A DNA stretch of 54,765 nucleotides, taken from positions 8,412 through 63,176 of the forward strand of contig CAYGKG010000006.1 of the NCBI GenBank assembly GCA_964350495.1. The letters are read 5' to 3'. Both the position numbers and the translations under genes were made by a program. The notes below the pieces were generated by a model. That model did not search any database and was not told the DNA's origin. It saw only the letters and a program-made list of their open reading frames with translations. Shown here piece after piece: positions 1-11,602 of the stretch; positions within the stretch are counted from its first letter, which is position 1, and every line of letters begins with the position of its first letter. This DNA is from an uncultured Alphaproteobacteria bacterium (GTDB lineage Bacteria > Pseudomonadota > Alphaproteobacteria > SHVP01).

Positions 1-6
1 CCCGCT

Positions 7-2208
7 TCAAAGAAATGAGTAGGGATCGATATCGACCGCGACGCGCACCGCGCTGGGGACCCGTACCCGGGCCAGCCATTCGCGGACGATCGGCTGGACG
101 GCCACGCCCTTCTCGGCTTTCAGCAGCAGCCGGAAGCGAAAGCGGCCACGCAGGAGCGCAAGGGGCGCCGGCGCCGGTCCGAGCACTCGTACCTGCTCGA
201 AATGGGGCGCGGCCCGACGCAATGCCGCCGCCACCTGGCGCGCCGCATCCTCGGCGCGGCTCGATACGACCAACGCCACCAGACGCCCGAACGGCGGCAT
301 CCCGTGGACCCGCCGTTCGTCAAGTTCGCGGCGCACGAATTCGTCGCGTTTGCCCGCCGCCAAAGCGGTCAGGACTGGATGTTCGGGCAAATGGGATTGC
401 AAGAACACCCTACCTGGATCGCGCTCCCGGCCGGCGCGACCGGAGACCTGGGACAGTAGCTGGTAAGTCTTCTCCGCTGCCCTGAGGTCGCCCCCCGCGA
501 GACCCAAGTCCGCGTCGATCACTCCGACCAGGGTCAGTAGCGGAAAATGGAACCCTTTCGCGATGACCTGTGTCCCGATCAGCAAGTCGATCTCGTGGTC
601 CTCGATTGCCTTGACCATCGCCGCCGCCCGCGCCGGACCGGTCAAGGTATCGCTGGTCAAGACGGCGACACGCGCCTCGGGAATACGCGCCGCAACCTCC
701 TCCGCCAAGCGCTCGACGCCGGGGCCGCAGGCAGCGAATTTACCGACCGCTTCGCACGAGGGACAGGCCGCCGGCACCGGCATGCCGAAGTCGCAATGGT
801 GGCATTGCAGGCGTCCGCGGTGACGGTGCTCGACCAGCCACGACTGGCAGTTGGGGCATTGGAACCGGTGGCCGCAGGCACGGCACAGGGTCAGCGGTGC
901 ATATCCCCGTCGGTTCAGGAACAGAAGGACTTGCTGGCCGGCTTCGATGGTTTGGTGAATGGCGTCCTCGAGCACGCTCGACAGCCATCGACCGGCCGGG
1001 AGCGACTCCTGCCGCATGTCGACGATCGATAGCGCCGGGAGTTCCGCCTGTCCGTGCCTTTCCGGCAACTGGAGGTGCCCAAACTTGTTCGACTCCGCGT
1101 TAACCACCGTCTCCAGCGACGGCGTCGCCGAGACCAGGACGATCGGGCATTTCTCGAATTGTGCACGGACGACCGCCATGTCGCGCGCGTTGTAGGCAAC
1201 GCCCTCCTCCTGCTTGAAGGACGAGTCGTGCTCTTCGTCGACGATCACCAGACCCAGGTCGTGAAACGGCAAGAAGAGAGCCGACCGGGCGCCCACAACG
1301 ACGGCCACCCGCCCCTCGGATACCGCCCGCCAGACCCGCCGCCGCTCGCGTTGCGATAAATCCGAGTGCCACAGGGCGGGCCGGACGCCAAACCGCTCGA
1401 CAAAGCGGTCGAGCCATTGCGAGGTGAGCGCGATCTCGGGGAGAAGCACCAGAATAGGGCGTTCCTCGCGGATCGCTTGGGCGACAGCCTCGAAGTAGAC
1501 GGCGGTCTTGCCCGAACCCGTCACCCCCTCCAACAGAATCGGCGCGAAAGCGCGCGCGGCGACCCTAGCGACCAAATCGGCAGCCGCAGCGGCCTGATCG
1601 GATGACAAAACCTGTTGGCCGGCATCGGGCCGCGGACCGTCGAACGGCGCTTCGGTTGGCACTGCGTGCGCCTGAAGCGCGCCAAGGTCCGCGAGGGCGC
1701 GCACGACTCCGGCGCTCACGGCAGCCTGCTCCGCCAATTCGGCGGCGCGGCGCGGCACGCCGTCCGAGGACACCGCAAGCACGCGGCGGCGCGCCGGGGT
1801 CATCTTTGCCGGCGGCGTCGGGCCGGCGGCATACACCGCTTCCGTTGGCGCCGGGACCAGGGCGTCGGGGACGGAGATCGCCATCCGCAGAACGCTTCCG
1901 GGCGAAGATACTGTGTAGGTCGCGACCCAATCGATCAGGCGGCGAAGGGTTGCTGTCAGCGGGCGGGCAGGGAGAACGGCGAAGACAGCCTTCAGTTTCG
2001 CGTCGTCGATGGGTGGGCCAGCGTCCGCCACGTCATCCCACACCACACCGGTGACTTCGCGGGCGCCGAGCGGCACGCGGACGATCGCGCCGACGGGCGC
2101 TTCGATACCGGATGGCAGCAGATAGTCGTAGGGGGCGCCAAGGGGGAGAGGCACCAGAACCTTGACGCGCCGTCGACCGTCACCAGAACTGGTACGCGAT
2201 TCATGCAT
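7..2208 (-). CDS. priA: Primosomal protein N' (replication restart helicase)
   Basis: Walker A GVTGSGKT, DEEH box and four CxxC pairs (CRAC/CPNC/CHHC/CPSC). Start moved from ORF-track 2286 to the ATG at 2208 (MHESRT...). Confidence 0.96.
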   Translation of the reverse strand: MHESRTSSGDGRRRVKVLVPLPLGAPYDYLLPSGIEAPVGAIVRVPLGAREVTGVVWDDVADAGPPIDDAKLKAVFAVLPARPLTATLRRLIDWVATYTVSSPGSVLRMAISVPDALVPAPTEAVYAAGPTPPAKMTPARRRVLAVSSDGVPRRAAELAEQAAVSAGVVRALADLGALQAHAVPTEAPFDGPRPDAGQQVLSSDQAAAAADLVARVAARAFAPILLEGVTGSGKTAVYFEAVAQAIREERPILVLLPEIALTSQWLDRFVERFGVRPALWHSDLSQRERRRVWRAVSEGRVAVVVGARSALFLPFHDLGLVIVDEEHDSSFKQEEGVAYNARDMAVVRAQFEKCPIVLVSATPSLETVVNAESNKFGHLQLPERHGQAELPALSIVDMRQESLPAGRWLSSVLEDAIHQTIEAGQQVLLFLNRRGYAPLTLCRACGHRFQCPNCQSWLVEHRHRGRLQCHHCDFGMPVPAACPSCEAVGKFAACGPGVERLAEEVAARIPEARVAVLTSDTLTGPARAAAMVKAIEDHEIDLLIGTQVIAKGFHFPLLTLVGVIDADLGLAGGDLRAAEKTYQLLSQVSGRAGRERDPGRVFLQSHLPEHPVLTALAAGKRDEFVRRELDERRVHGMPPFGRLVALVVSSRAEDAARQVAAALRRAAPHFEQVRVLGPAPAPLALLRGRFRFRLLLKAEKGVAVQPIVREWLARVRVPSAVRVAVDIDPYSFL

Positions 2209-2285
2209 GCGATACACTTTGACAGGCGCGCAAAGTGACGCCAATGAGGCAGTGAGACGCGCCGAGCAGGACGAACAAGGTTTCA

Positions 2286-2939
2286 ATGCAGTTTTTTGTG
2301 GACACCGCCGATATTGACGACATTCGCGATCTGGCGGCGACAGGTCTGTTGGACGGCGTTACGACGAATCCGTCCCTCGTTGCCAAGAGCGGCCGCGATT
2401 TTTTCGACGTCCTGAAGGACATCTGCGCGGCCGTCGACGGTCCGGTGAGCGCCGAGGTGACCGCCACCGACCATGAAACGATGGTAGCCCAGGGACGCAA
2501 GCTGGCGGCACTCGCCAAGAACATCGCCGTTAAGGTGCCGCTGACGTGGGCGGGCCTCAAGGCCTGTCGGACCCTGCGCGACGACGGCACGATGGTGAAC
2601 GTGACGCTTTGTTTCTCGGTCAACCAAGCCATCCTTGCCGCCAAAGCCGGCGCGACCTTCGTGTCGCCGTTCGTTGGACGGCTGGACGATATCGGGCAGG
2701 ACGGCATGCAGTTGATCCAGGATGTTCGGACCGTTTACGACAACTATCCCGCGTTGGAGACCAAAGTGCTGGTCGCATCGATCCGGCACCCGACGCATGT
2801 GCTTCAGTCGGCCCTGATCGGGGCCGACGTCTGCACGGTGCCACCGGACACGTTGCGGAAATTGGCGCAACATCCGCTGACGGACAAGGGCCTCGCGGCG
2901 TTTCTCGCCGACTGGCAGTCGACAGGACAGGATATCTAG
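2286..2939 (+). CDS. fsa: Fructose-6-phosphate aldolase / short transaldolase
   Basis: MQFFVDTA start, GVTTNPSL, Schiff-base Lys in [13 protein letters not shown]; 217 aa. Confidence 0.93.
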   Translation: MQFFVDTADIDDIRDLAATGLLDGVTTNPSLVAKSGRDFFDVLKDICAAVDGPVSAEVTATDHETMVAQGRKLAALAKNIAVKVPLTWAGLKACRTLRDDGTMVNVTLCFSVNQAILAAKAGATFVSPFVGRLDDIGQDGMQLIQDVRTVYDNYPALETKVLVASIRHPTHVLQSALIGADVCTVPPDTLRKLAQHPLTDKGLAAFLADWQSTGQDI

Positions 2940-2948
2940 GGTGGCACG

Positions 2949-3647
2949 GTGAACAAATCCGACACGCGCGCGGCCGACAAACTACGACCGCTCAATGCGA
3001 AGAATGTCGTGGAGTTCCTTAGTGCGCACCCCTCGTTTCTGATTGACCACCCGGAGCTCGTCGGCGTCCTCGCTCCGCCATCGCGCGGCGAGTCGGACGG
3101 TGTCTTGGACATGCAGCAATTCATGATCGAACGACTGCAGGCCGAACTCGGCGATCTTCGTTCAAGCCAACGGGAGTTGCTGTCGGCGAGCCGGGTTAAT
3201 TTGTCGAGCCAGGAACGCATCCATGCCGCCGTTCTGGCGGTCATCGAAGCGCGCACGCTCGAAGATATCGGGCGGATCGTGGCGGAGGACTATCGCTCGA
3301 TCCTCGACGTTTCGACGTCCGCACTGTGCTTTGAAGAACCCGGTCAAAGCACGCTACGCAATCTCGTATCGCTGAAACCGGGCATGATCCGCGACATGAT
3401 CGGCGATCGCAGCATTCTGCTGCGACACGACATCGCTGGCGACCCCCGCTTGTTCGGCGACGATGCGGCCAAGGTACGGTCCGACGCCCTGGTCTATCTC
3501 GACGTCGGCAAGGATGGTCCGAACGGGCTTCTCGCGCTCGGCAGCCACGAGCCGGACCGCTTCCATCCGGGCCAAGGGACCGAGTTGCTCGGCTTCATGG
3601 CGCGGGCGATCACCGGTTCGCTGCGCGCCGGACTGAATGCCGCATAG
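2949..3647 (+). CDS. DUF484 (YigA-like) GAF-fold protein
   Basis: FLSAHPSFL N-terminus, coiled coil, GLLALGS..PDRFHPGQGTELL motif; lies directly upstream of xerC as usual for this family. Confidence 0.85.
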   Translation: MNKSDTRAADKLRPLNAKNVVEFLSAHPSFLIDHPELVGVLAPPSRGESDGVLDMQQFMIERLQAELGDLRSSQRELLSASRVNLSSQERIHAAVLAVIEARTLEDIGRIVAEDYRSILDVSTSALCFEEPGQSTLRNLVSLKPGMIRDMIGDRSILLRHDIAGDPRLFGDDAAKVRSDALVYLDVGKDGPNGLLALGSHEPDRFHPGQGTELLGFMARAITGSLRAGLNAA

Positions 3648-4602
3648 CGGCGACAAGCGCACCGTAGGGGCGACGCTCGCCGCGCAATCCGACGCCGCCG
3701 ACGCCGTCCGCGATTTCCTCGGCGCCCTCCAAAACGAGAGGAACTACTCGTCTCACACGATCGCAGCGTACCAGCGCGACCTTGCGTGCTTTTTCGCCTT
3801 TGCCCAGGATCACCGCGGCAAACCCGTCGACTTGGCCGATCTGTCGGCATTCACCGTTTCGGATTTCCGGAGTTTCCTTGCTAAACGACGCAACGAGGGA
3901 ATCAGCGGCACCTCGTTGGGACGGGCGTTGTCGGCGCTCCGCAGTTTCTTTCACCACCTCGACACGCAGGGCAACGTGTCCAACGAAGCGATTCGCCTAG
4001 TCAAACGGCCAAGAACGCCCCACGGCGTGCCAAAGCCGCTGAGCAAGGAAGCGGCACGTGCCAGCATCGAAACGGTGGAGTCGCTCGACGTCTTGCCTTG
4101 GGTCGCGGCACGCGACACGGCGATACTAACCATGCTCTACGGCTGCGGACTGCGCATTTCCGAAGCGCTCGGCCTGGCCCGTCGCGATGCCCCGCTGCGC
4201 GATGCGATCCGCATTATCGGCAAGGGCAACAAGGAACGAGTCGTCCCCGTTTTGCCCGTCGTTGCCGAGGCCATCGACCGATACGTGGCGCTGTGTCCCT
4301 TCGCGCTGGCGGCGGCGGGCCCGTTATTTGTCGGCGTTCGGGGCAAGCGGTTGAATGCGGGCGTCGTCCAGCGGCAAATGCGTCACGCGCGCATCGCACT
4401 GGGACTACCGGACACGGCAACGCCGCATGCGTTGCGCCACAGCTTTGCGACCCACTTGCTTTCCGGCGGCGGCGATCTTCGGAGCATTCAGGAACTGCTG
4501 GGCCATGCGTCGCTATCGACCACGCAACGCTATACCGAAGTCGACACAGACCAGCTCAAGCGCATCTACGAGCAGGCGCATCCGCGCGCCAAGGCGAGCT
4601 GA
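3637..4602 (+). CDS. xerC: Tyrosine recombinase XerC
   Basis: LYGCGLRISE, GKGNKER, HALRHSFATH, LGHASLSTTQRY; DUF484-xerC context. Confidence 0.92.
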   Translation: MPHSGDKRTVGATLAAQSDAADAVRDFLGALQNERNYSSHTIAAYQRDLACFFAFAQDHRGKPVDLADLSAFTVSDFRSFLAKRRNEGISGTSLGRALSALRSFFHHLDTQGNVSNEAIRLVKRPRTPHGVPKPLSKEAARASIETVESLDVLPWVAARDTAILTMLYGCGLRISEALGLARRDAPLRDAIRIIGKGNKERVVPVLPVVAEAIDRYVALCPFALAAAGPLFVGVRGKRLNAGVVQRQMRHARIALGLPDTATPHALRHSFATHLLSGGGDLRSIQELLGHASLSTTQRYTEVDTDQLKRIYEQAHPRAKAS

Positions 4603-4605
4603 CCC

Positions 4606-5601
4606 TCAGTCGCGCGCGCTTGTTTCATGCGCTTGGAGGGCGATGCCGTCCGTTAGTCCCGGTAGGACATCGCGCAACCAGAGCGCCGCTGCCCGGTCCC
4701 CCTTGACGATGGAATCGAGGAAGGCAGTGGTGATCGCGCGGATCAAGTCGTGGTGACGCGCATCGGTGGGTTTGGGTGTGCGCCGCGCACCGCCAAAGAC
4801 CATATGATCCCCGCCATCCAAGATAACGAGATATTTGGACGCTCCGGCGATCAGGTCGTAGGCGCGACGACGATCAGCGGGCTCTAGGTCGTTGACGACA
4901 ACGCTATAATCGGCGCTCCCGGTCATGTGGAGCGTCGGGATCCGCACCCGCGCGAAGGTTTCGGCGTGCTGTGCGCGGAACCCGGGGGGACTGAGGGCGA
5001 TGGATGCAACCACCCGGTCGTCGCCAAAATTGGCTGGCCCGCGCCCGGGCGGAAAAAACGTCGCTCCGGCGACGGAGAGCGCCGTGAAAGCCCCGAAGGA
5101 GTGGCCGGCGACTGCGATGCGTTCGGGATCAACGGTGACGCGCATGCCCGCGACGTCCAACGGATGGGACAACATCCGGTTAATGGCAAAACGAACGTCC
5201 TGCGGGCGGGCGATCGCCGACTGCGGGTTCTCCACCGCACGTCTGATCGCTTGCATCGCCGCCGGCGGGGCGAGGCCGCGCCACACCTCAGCGTCGCTGC
5301 CGGCGTGCTGCAGGTGGACCACGGCATAGCCATGGCTGGCCCAATGACGGCCGAGAAAGGCCAGACCGTCGCGCGACCCCCCGGCGCCGTGCGAAACGAC
5401 GACGACCGGCAGCAGGCTGTTACCGTCGACCGGCGCATAGATTTTTATCGGGACGACGCGGTCGCGGGCCTCGTCACGCCATACCGCTAGCGCCTCCAAA
5501 ACCCGGTGCGGCCCGAAGCCAACGCGGTACAGGTTGTCGGCGTGCGCGACCGTCGGCGCAAGCAGCGCGGCTAAGCAGACGACCAGGAACCGTTTCATCA
5601 T
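4606..5601 (-). CDS. Secreted alpha/beta hydrolase (dienelactone hydrolase / PAF-acetylhydrolase-like)
   Basis: Sec-type signal (MMKRFLVVCLAALLAPTVAHA), SHGAGG oxyanion region, nucleophile elbow GHSFG, C-terminal GDHM His. Confidence 0.8.
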   Translation of the reverse strand: MMKRFLVVCLAALLAPTVAHADNLYRVGFGPHRVLEALAVWRDEARDRVVPIKIYAPVDGNSLLPVVVVSHGAGGSRDGLAFLGRHWASHGYAVVHLQHAGSDAEVWRGLAPPAAMQAIRRAVENPQSAIARPQDVRFAINRMLSHPLDVAGMRVTVDPERIAVAGHSFGAFTALSVAGATFFPPGRGPANFGDDRVVASIALSPPGFRAQHAETFARVRIPTLHMTGSADYSVVVNDLEPADRRRAYDLIAGASKYLVILDGGDHMVFGGARRTPKPTDARHHDLIRAITTAFLDSIVKGDRAAALWLRDVLPGLTDGIALQAHETSARD

Positions 5602-5645
5602 AGCCTGACACGTAAGGCTCCGGCCAATCCGTCGGCGTGACGGCG

Positions 5646-7052
5646 TCAGCTATGGATGGCGTGTCCAGCGACGGCCAACGCCGCCTCTTTCATGCCTTCG
5701 GAGAGCGTGGGATGGGCGTGGCAGGTGGCGGCGATATCTTCCGCCGAGCCGCCGAACTCCATACACAGAACCGCTTCGTGGATGAGCGTGCCGGCATCCG
5801 GGCCAATGATGTGGACGCCGAGGACGGCGTCGGTTTTCGCGTCCGCCAAGATCTTAATGAACCCTTCCGCGGCGCCGCTAACCTTGGCGCGCGGCACTGC
5901 AGTGAACGGAAACTTTCCAACCTTGTAGTCGACGCCAGCCTTCTTGAGGTCTTCCTCGGATCGCCCGACCGTTGCCACCTCGGGGCTGGTGTAGACCACG
6001 CCCGGGACCTTGCCATAGTCGATATGGGCGTGGCGGCCATGCAGCATTTCGACGCAGACCACACCGTCTTCGGACGCCTTGTGCGCGAGCATCGGCCCCC
6101 GAATCACGTCTCCGATCGCATAGATACCGTCGACGGAGGTTTTGTAGGTTGCGTCAACCTCGACAAATCCCTGGGCGTCCCGCTTTACGCCGACCGCTTC
6201 GAGACCGAGCCCGTCGGTGAAGGGTTTGCGGCCGATCGACACGAGCACGACATCGGCCTTCAAGTCCTCCGAATCGCCGCCGTTCGCCGGCGCGACGCTC
6301 AAGGTCACATTCGATTTGGACGCCTTGGCACCGGTGACCTTGCTGCCCAGACGAAACGTCAAACCCTGTTTGGTCAGGATGCGCTGGAGGTGCTTGGCAA
6401 CCTCGCCGTCCATTCCTGGCACGATCCGGTCCAAATACTCGACGACCGTGACGTCCGCGCCCAACCGGCTCCAGACCGAGCCCATCTCCAAGCCGATGTA
6501 ACCGCCGCCGACGACAATCATCGTCTTGGGCACCTGCGACAGCGCAAGCGCGCCGGTCGAGGACACGATTCTCTTTTCGTCGATATCGACGCCGGGCAGC
6601 GGCGTTACCGACGACCCCGTCGCCACGATAATGGTCTTGGCATCGAGCGTGGTTTTTCCCTTGGCCCCGACGACCGTCACCTTGCCTGGCGCGGCGATCG
6701 ACCCCACCCCAACGATGCTGTCGACCTTGTTTTTTTTGAGCAGGAAGGCGATGCCTTTGGTCAGATCTTCTACGACCTTGTCCTTGCGGCCGAGCATCTT
6801 GGCGAGATCGAGGGAAACGCCGCCCATGCCGATCCCGTGCGCGTCCAGCCCGTGCTGGGCTTCGGCATAGAGTTCCGAACTTTGGAGCAGTGCCTTGGAT
6901 GGAATGCAGCCGACATTGAGGCACGTCCCGCCAAGCCGGTCGCGGCTTTCGATGCACGCGACCTTGCTGCCCATCTGGGCGGCACGAATCGCGGCGACGT
7001 ACCCGCCTGGGCCGCCGCCAATAATTACGATGTCATAGCTCGCGTCTGCCAT
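5646..7052 (-). CDS. lpdA: Dihydrolipoyl dehydrogenase (E3)
   Basis: GGGPGGY, CLNVGCIPSK redox disulfide, HPTLSE; lies downstream of sucAB. Confidence 0.97.
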   Translation of the reverse strand: MADASYDIVIIGGGPGGYVAAIRAAQMGSKVACIESRDRLGGTCLNVGCIPSKALLQSSELYAEAQHGLDAHGIGMGGVSLDLAKMLGRKDKVVEDLTKGIAFLLKKNKVDSIVGVGSIAAPGKVTVVGAKGKTTLDAKTIIVATGSSVTPLPGVDIDEKRIVSSTGALALSQVPKTMIVVGGGYIGLEMGSVWSRLGADVTVVEYLDRIVPGMDGEVAKHLQRILTKQGLTFRLGSKVTGAKASKSNVTLSVAPANGGDSEDLKADVVLVSIGRKPFTDGLGLEAVGVKRDAQGFVEVDATYKTSVDGIYAIGDVIRGPMLAHKASEDGVVCVEMLHGRHAHIDYGKVPGVVYTSPEVATVGRSEEDLKKAGVDYKVGKFPFTAVPRAKVSGAAEGFIKILADAKTDAVLGVHIIGPDAGTLIHEAVLCMEFGGSAEDIAATCHAHPTLSEGMKEAALAVAGHAIHS

Positions 7053-7065
7053 GCCGCACTTCCCG

Positions 7066-7491
7066 TTAGGTTTGCCTCTCCCACACCAACACGCCGGCGC
7101 TTTCGCCGCCCCCGGCTTTTTCAGGGTCGGTGGATAGGGTCATTCGGTTGCCCGCCAAGTCGATCTTTCTGCGCAATTCGCGGCCTACCCAGTTCGGGAA
7201 AAAGCTGGCGTCCGGATAGTGCAGGACGGTATCGCCGCGCCGCTCGTAACGCCCGGCATAGGAAACAAACTGTGCCGCGGCCCGCAGGCGCTCGTCGGGT
7301 GTGCCGTAGATATCGCCGGAGTCGAACGCCGGTCGCCCACCCGGCATGAGAATGGCCTGCATATAACCGTCGGACGTGTAGGTGAGGCGCCCTACCGGGG
7401 CAAGGCCCAGTGGGTGGGTGATCGTACCATCCGATCCGTGGCGTTCCACGGAAACCAACTTCCACGTTCCAACGATTGATTCAGCGCTCAC
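7066..7491 (-). CDS. Lipocalin-like domain protein
   Basis: IVGTWKLVS start, GRLTYTSDGYM, FVSYAGRY and LVWER end, typical of lipocalin-like beta-barrels. Fills the sucB-lpdA gap co-directionally. Confidence 0.8.
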   Translation of the reverse strand: MSAESIVGTWKLVSVERHGSDGTITHPLGLAPVGRLTYTSDGYMQAILMPGGRPAFDSGDIYGTPDERLRAAAQFVSYAGRYERRGDTVLHYPDASFFPNWVGRELRRKIDLAGNRMTLSTDPEKAGGGESAGVLVWERQT

Positions 7492-7512
7492 AACATTACC
7501 CGGCGCGTGCCG

Positions 7513-8685
<1,173 letters not shown>

Positions 8686-8696
8686 GTCTGACCCAC

Positions 8697-11564
8697 TTAG
8701 ACTGTTATCGCTTCACGAACAATCTTCGATTGTTCTTCTAGATGTTTTCGCAAGAGGCCCGTTGCCGTCGATGCGCTCTCCGAACGACCAAAGTACTTTG
8801 GTCGTTCGCTTTTGCGTCCCAAGGTCTGAAATACCTCGTCGAGGCGCGGCGCAACGAACGACCAGGCCCCCTGGTTCTTCGGCTCTTCCTGGCACCAAAC
8901 GATCTCTGCGTTGGGATAGCGCCGGAGCTCTTTGGTCAAGGAGCGGTACGGGAACGGGTAAAGCTGTTCCGCCCGGAGCACCACGACATTGCGAATATCG
9001 TTCTTTTCGCGCTCTTCCCACAGGTCGTAGTAAATCTTGCCGGAACAAACGATCACGCGTTTGATCTTGTCGTCCTTATCGACCGGGCAATCGTCCCAAA
9101 GCACGCGGTGGAAACTTGTTTTCCCGTTCAGTTCGTCGAGGCGCGACACCGCACGCTTGTGTCGCAGCAGCGATTTGGGCGTCATCAGGATCAGCGGTTT
9201 ACGGAAATCGCGGTGCACCTGCCGCCTTAGAATGTGGAAGTAGTTCGCTGGCGTGGTGCAGTTTGCTACTTGGATATTGTCTTCGGCACAAAGCTGTAGG
9301 TAACGCTCCAGGCGCGCCGAGCTGTGCTCGGGCCCCTGGCCTTCGTACCCGTGCGGCAGCAACATCACCAAGCCGCTCATCCGCAACCACTTGCTCTCGC
9401 CCGACGTAATGAACTGGTCGACGATGACCTGCGCGCCGTTTGCGAAATCGCCAAATTGAGCCTCCCACATCACCAACGAGTTGGGGGCGGTTTGGCTGTA
9501 ACCATATTCAAAGCCAAGGACGGCAAATTCCGACAGCATGCTGTCGACGACTTCGAATTTCGCTTGATCGGGCGAAATATGTTCGAGCGGGATGTGACGG
9601 GCTTCGGTGTCCTGGTCGATCAGGACGGCATGGCGCTGGGAGAAGGTTCCGCGCTGGGAATCCTGTCCGCTTAGGCGGACCCCATGCCCTTCGGATAGCA
9701 GCGTTCCGAAGGCCAGCGACTCGGCGGTCGCCCAATCGATGCCTTCGCCCGACGCAAAGACCTCTTTCTTGGCGTCGAGCTGCCGACGGATAGTTCGATG
9801 CAGATTGAAGTCCTCTGGAACTTCGGTCAGCACCTTCCCGACGTGTTTGAGCGTTTTCTCATTGACGGCGGTCTTGCCGCGCCGCGCCTCGCCGCTCGCG
9901 ACGCGCAGTCCCTTCCAAGCGCCTTCGAGCCAGTCCGCTTTGTTCGGCTTGAATGCTTCGGCCGCCGTAAAGTCTTCATCGAGCTTGGCGTGAAACGCCG
10001 CACGAATTTCTTCGGCCTCGCCGGACTTCAGCAGCCCCATCTTTTCCAAGGCGTTTGCGTAAATCTCCCGCGTCGGCGGGTGATCCTTGATGCGCTTGTA
10101 CATGATGGGTTGGGTGAACGCCGGCTCGTCGCCTTCGTTATGCCCGTGCCGCCGGTAACAAAACATGTCGATTACGACGTCGCGGTGGAAAGTCTGGCGG
10201 AAGTCCGTCGCGAGCCGCGCGACATGGACGACCGCTTCGGGGTCGTCGCCGTTGACGTGGAACACCGGCGCCTGGACTCCTTTTGCCAAGTCCGACGGAT
10301 AGGGCGAAGAGCGGCTGTAACCGGGCGACGTGGTGAACCCGATTTGGTTGTTGACGATGACGTGGATGGTGCCGCCGGTGCGATAGCCCTTGAGATCGGA
10401 CAGCGCGAGACACTCCGCAACAACGCCCTGGCCGGCAAACGCCGCGTCGCCGTGCATCAGAATGCTGAGAACCTTCGTACGGTCAACATCGTCATGCTGC
10501 AACTGCTTGGCGCGCACCTTCCCCAACACGACAGGGTTCACTGCCTCGAGGTGCGACGGGTTGGCCGACAACGACAGATGAACGCTTTCGCCGTCGAACA
10601 CCCGATCGGCCGATGTGCCGAGGTGGTATTTCACGTCGCCCGAACCCTGGACATCGTCGGGGTGCGCGCTGGTTCCCTGGAACTCAGAGAAAATTTTCAA
10701 ATAGGGCTTTGCCATCACGTTGGTGAGGACGTTGAGACGGCCCCGGTGCGGCATGCCGACCACGATCTCTTTGACGCCCGAGAGGGCCGCACGCTTGTTG
10801 ATCGCCTCAAGTAGCGGTATCAACGACTCCGAACCGTCACACCCGAACCGCTTCGTGCCGGTGTACTTTAGATGCAGGAACCGCTCGAAACCCTCGGCAT
10901 GGGTGAGCTGTTCCAGAATCTTACGGCGGCCTTCCTCGGTAAACTGGGGCCGGTAGTTGTGTCCTTCGATGCGCTCCTGGATCCACGCCTTTTGGTCGGG
11001 ATACTGGATGTGCATGAACTCGTAGCCGATGTTGCCGCTGTAAGTGAGGCGCAACACCCGCTCGATCTCGCGCATCGTCGCGGTTTCGAGACCCAGCACG
11101 TTATCGATGAAAATCGGGCGGTCCATGTCGGCTTCGGTAAAGCCGTAGGTCGCGGGGTCCAATTCGGGATGGGGATCGCGCCCCTCGAGGCCCAGCGGAT
11201 CGAGCTTCGCGTTGAGGTGACCGCGAACCCGGTAGGATCGGATCAACATCAGGGCCCTGAGCGAATCGAGCGTGGCGCCGCGCAGCGCTTCGGCGCCGAC
11301 TGCCGCCTTGCGCGACGGCGCCTCTTCAGGCGATGGCCCCTCTTCGGGTTCTACCGTCGTGACAAAGGGACCGCCTTCAGGCGCCCAGCTCGCACCGCGC
11401 TGCGCGCCGAGCGCGGTGGCAACATCGTCACCCAGTCCTTCGAAAAAACTTTGCCAGTGGGCGTCCAGCGACCCAGGATTCTCGATAAAGCGCGCATATT
11501 GCTGCTCGAGAAACGCACTATTTACGCCGGTTAGAAAGGAGGCTCGATCCGGTTCGCTACCCAT
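8697..11564 (-). CDS. sucA: 2-oxoglutarate dehydrogenase E1
   Basis: [51 protein letters not shown]. Confidence 0.97.
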   Translation of the reverse strand: MGSEPDRASFLTGVNSAFLEQQYARFIENPGSLDAHWQSFFEGLGDDVATALGAQRGASWAPEGGPFVTTVEPEEGPSPEEAPSRKAAVGAEALRGATLDSLRALMLIRSYRVRGHLNAKLDPLGLEGRDPHPELDPATYGFTEADMDRPIFIDNVLGLETATMREIERVLRLTYSGNIGYEFMHIQYPDQKAWIQERIEGHNYRPQFTEEGRRKILEQLTHAEGFERFLHLKYTGTKRFGCDGSESLIPLLEAINKRAALSGVKEIVVGMPHRGRLNVLTNVMAKPYLKIFSEFQGTSAHPDDVQGSGDVKYHLGTSADRVFDGESVHLSLSANPSHLEAVNPVVLGKVRAKQLQHDDVDRTKVLSILMHGDAAFAGQGVVAECLALSDLKGYRTGGTIHVIVNNQIGFTTSPGYSRSSPYPSDLAKGVQAPVFHVNGDDPEAVVHVARLATDFRQTFHRDVVIDMFCYRRHGHNEGDEPAFTQPIMYKRIKDHPPTREIYANALEKMGLLKSGEAEEIRAAFHAKLDEDFTAAEAFKPNKADWLEGAWKGLRVASGEARRGKTAVNEKTLKHVGKVLTEVPEDFNLHRTIRRQLDAKKEVFASGEGIDWATAESLAFGTLLSEGHGVRLSGQDSQRGTFSQRHAVLIDQDTEARHIPLEHISPDQAKFEVVDSMLSEFAVLGFEYGYSQTAPNSLVMWEAQFGDFANGAQVIVDQFITSGESKWLRMSGLVMLLPHGYEGQGPEHSSARLERYLQLCAEDNIQVANCTTPANYFHILRRQVHRDFRKPLILMTPKSLLRHKRAVSRLDELNGKTSFHRVLWDDCPVDKDDKIKRVIVCSGKIYYDLWEEREKNDIRNVVVLRAEQLYPFPYRSLTKELRRYPNAEIVWCQEEPKNQGAWSFVAPRLDEVFQTLGRKSERPKYFGRSESASTATGLLRKHLEEQSKIVREAITV

Positions 11565-11602
11565 GTCATTCGGCGCGCCGTGCGCGCCCTCCGTCAGCCG
11601 CG

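Noticed and set aside
3637-4602. Tyrosine recombinase as a prophage or island integrase
   Set aside because: DUF484-xerC housekeeping context; no att repeats, phage genes or dif-like site seen.
5637-7349. Long antisense ORFs (570 aa here; also 9798-10814, 12628-13707, 14997-16019, 34367-35602, 51558-53093)
   Set aside because: They shadow well-conserved genes, as expected from high-GC codon bias, and carry no recognisable motifs.
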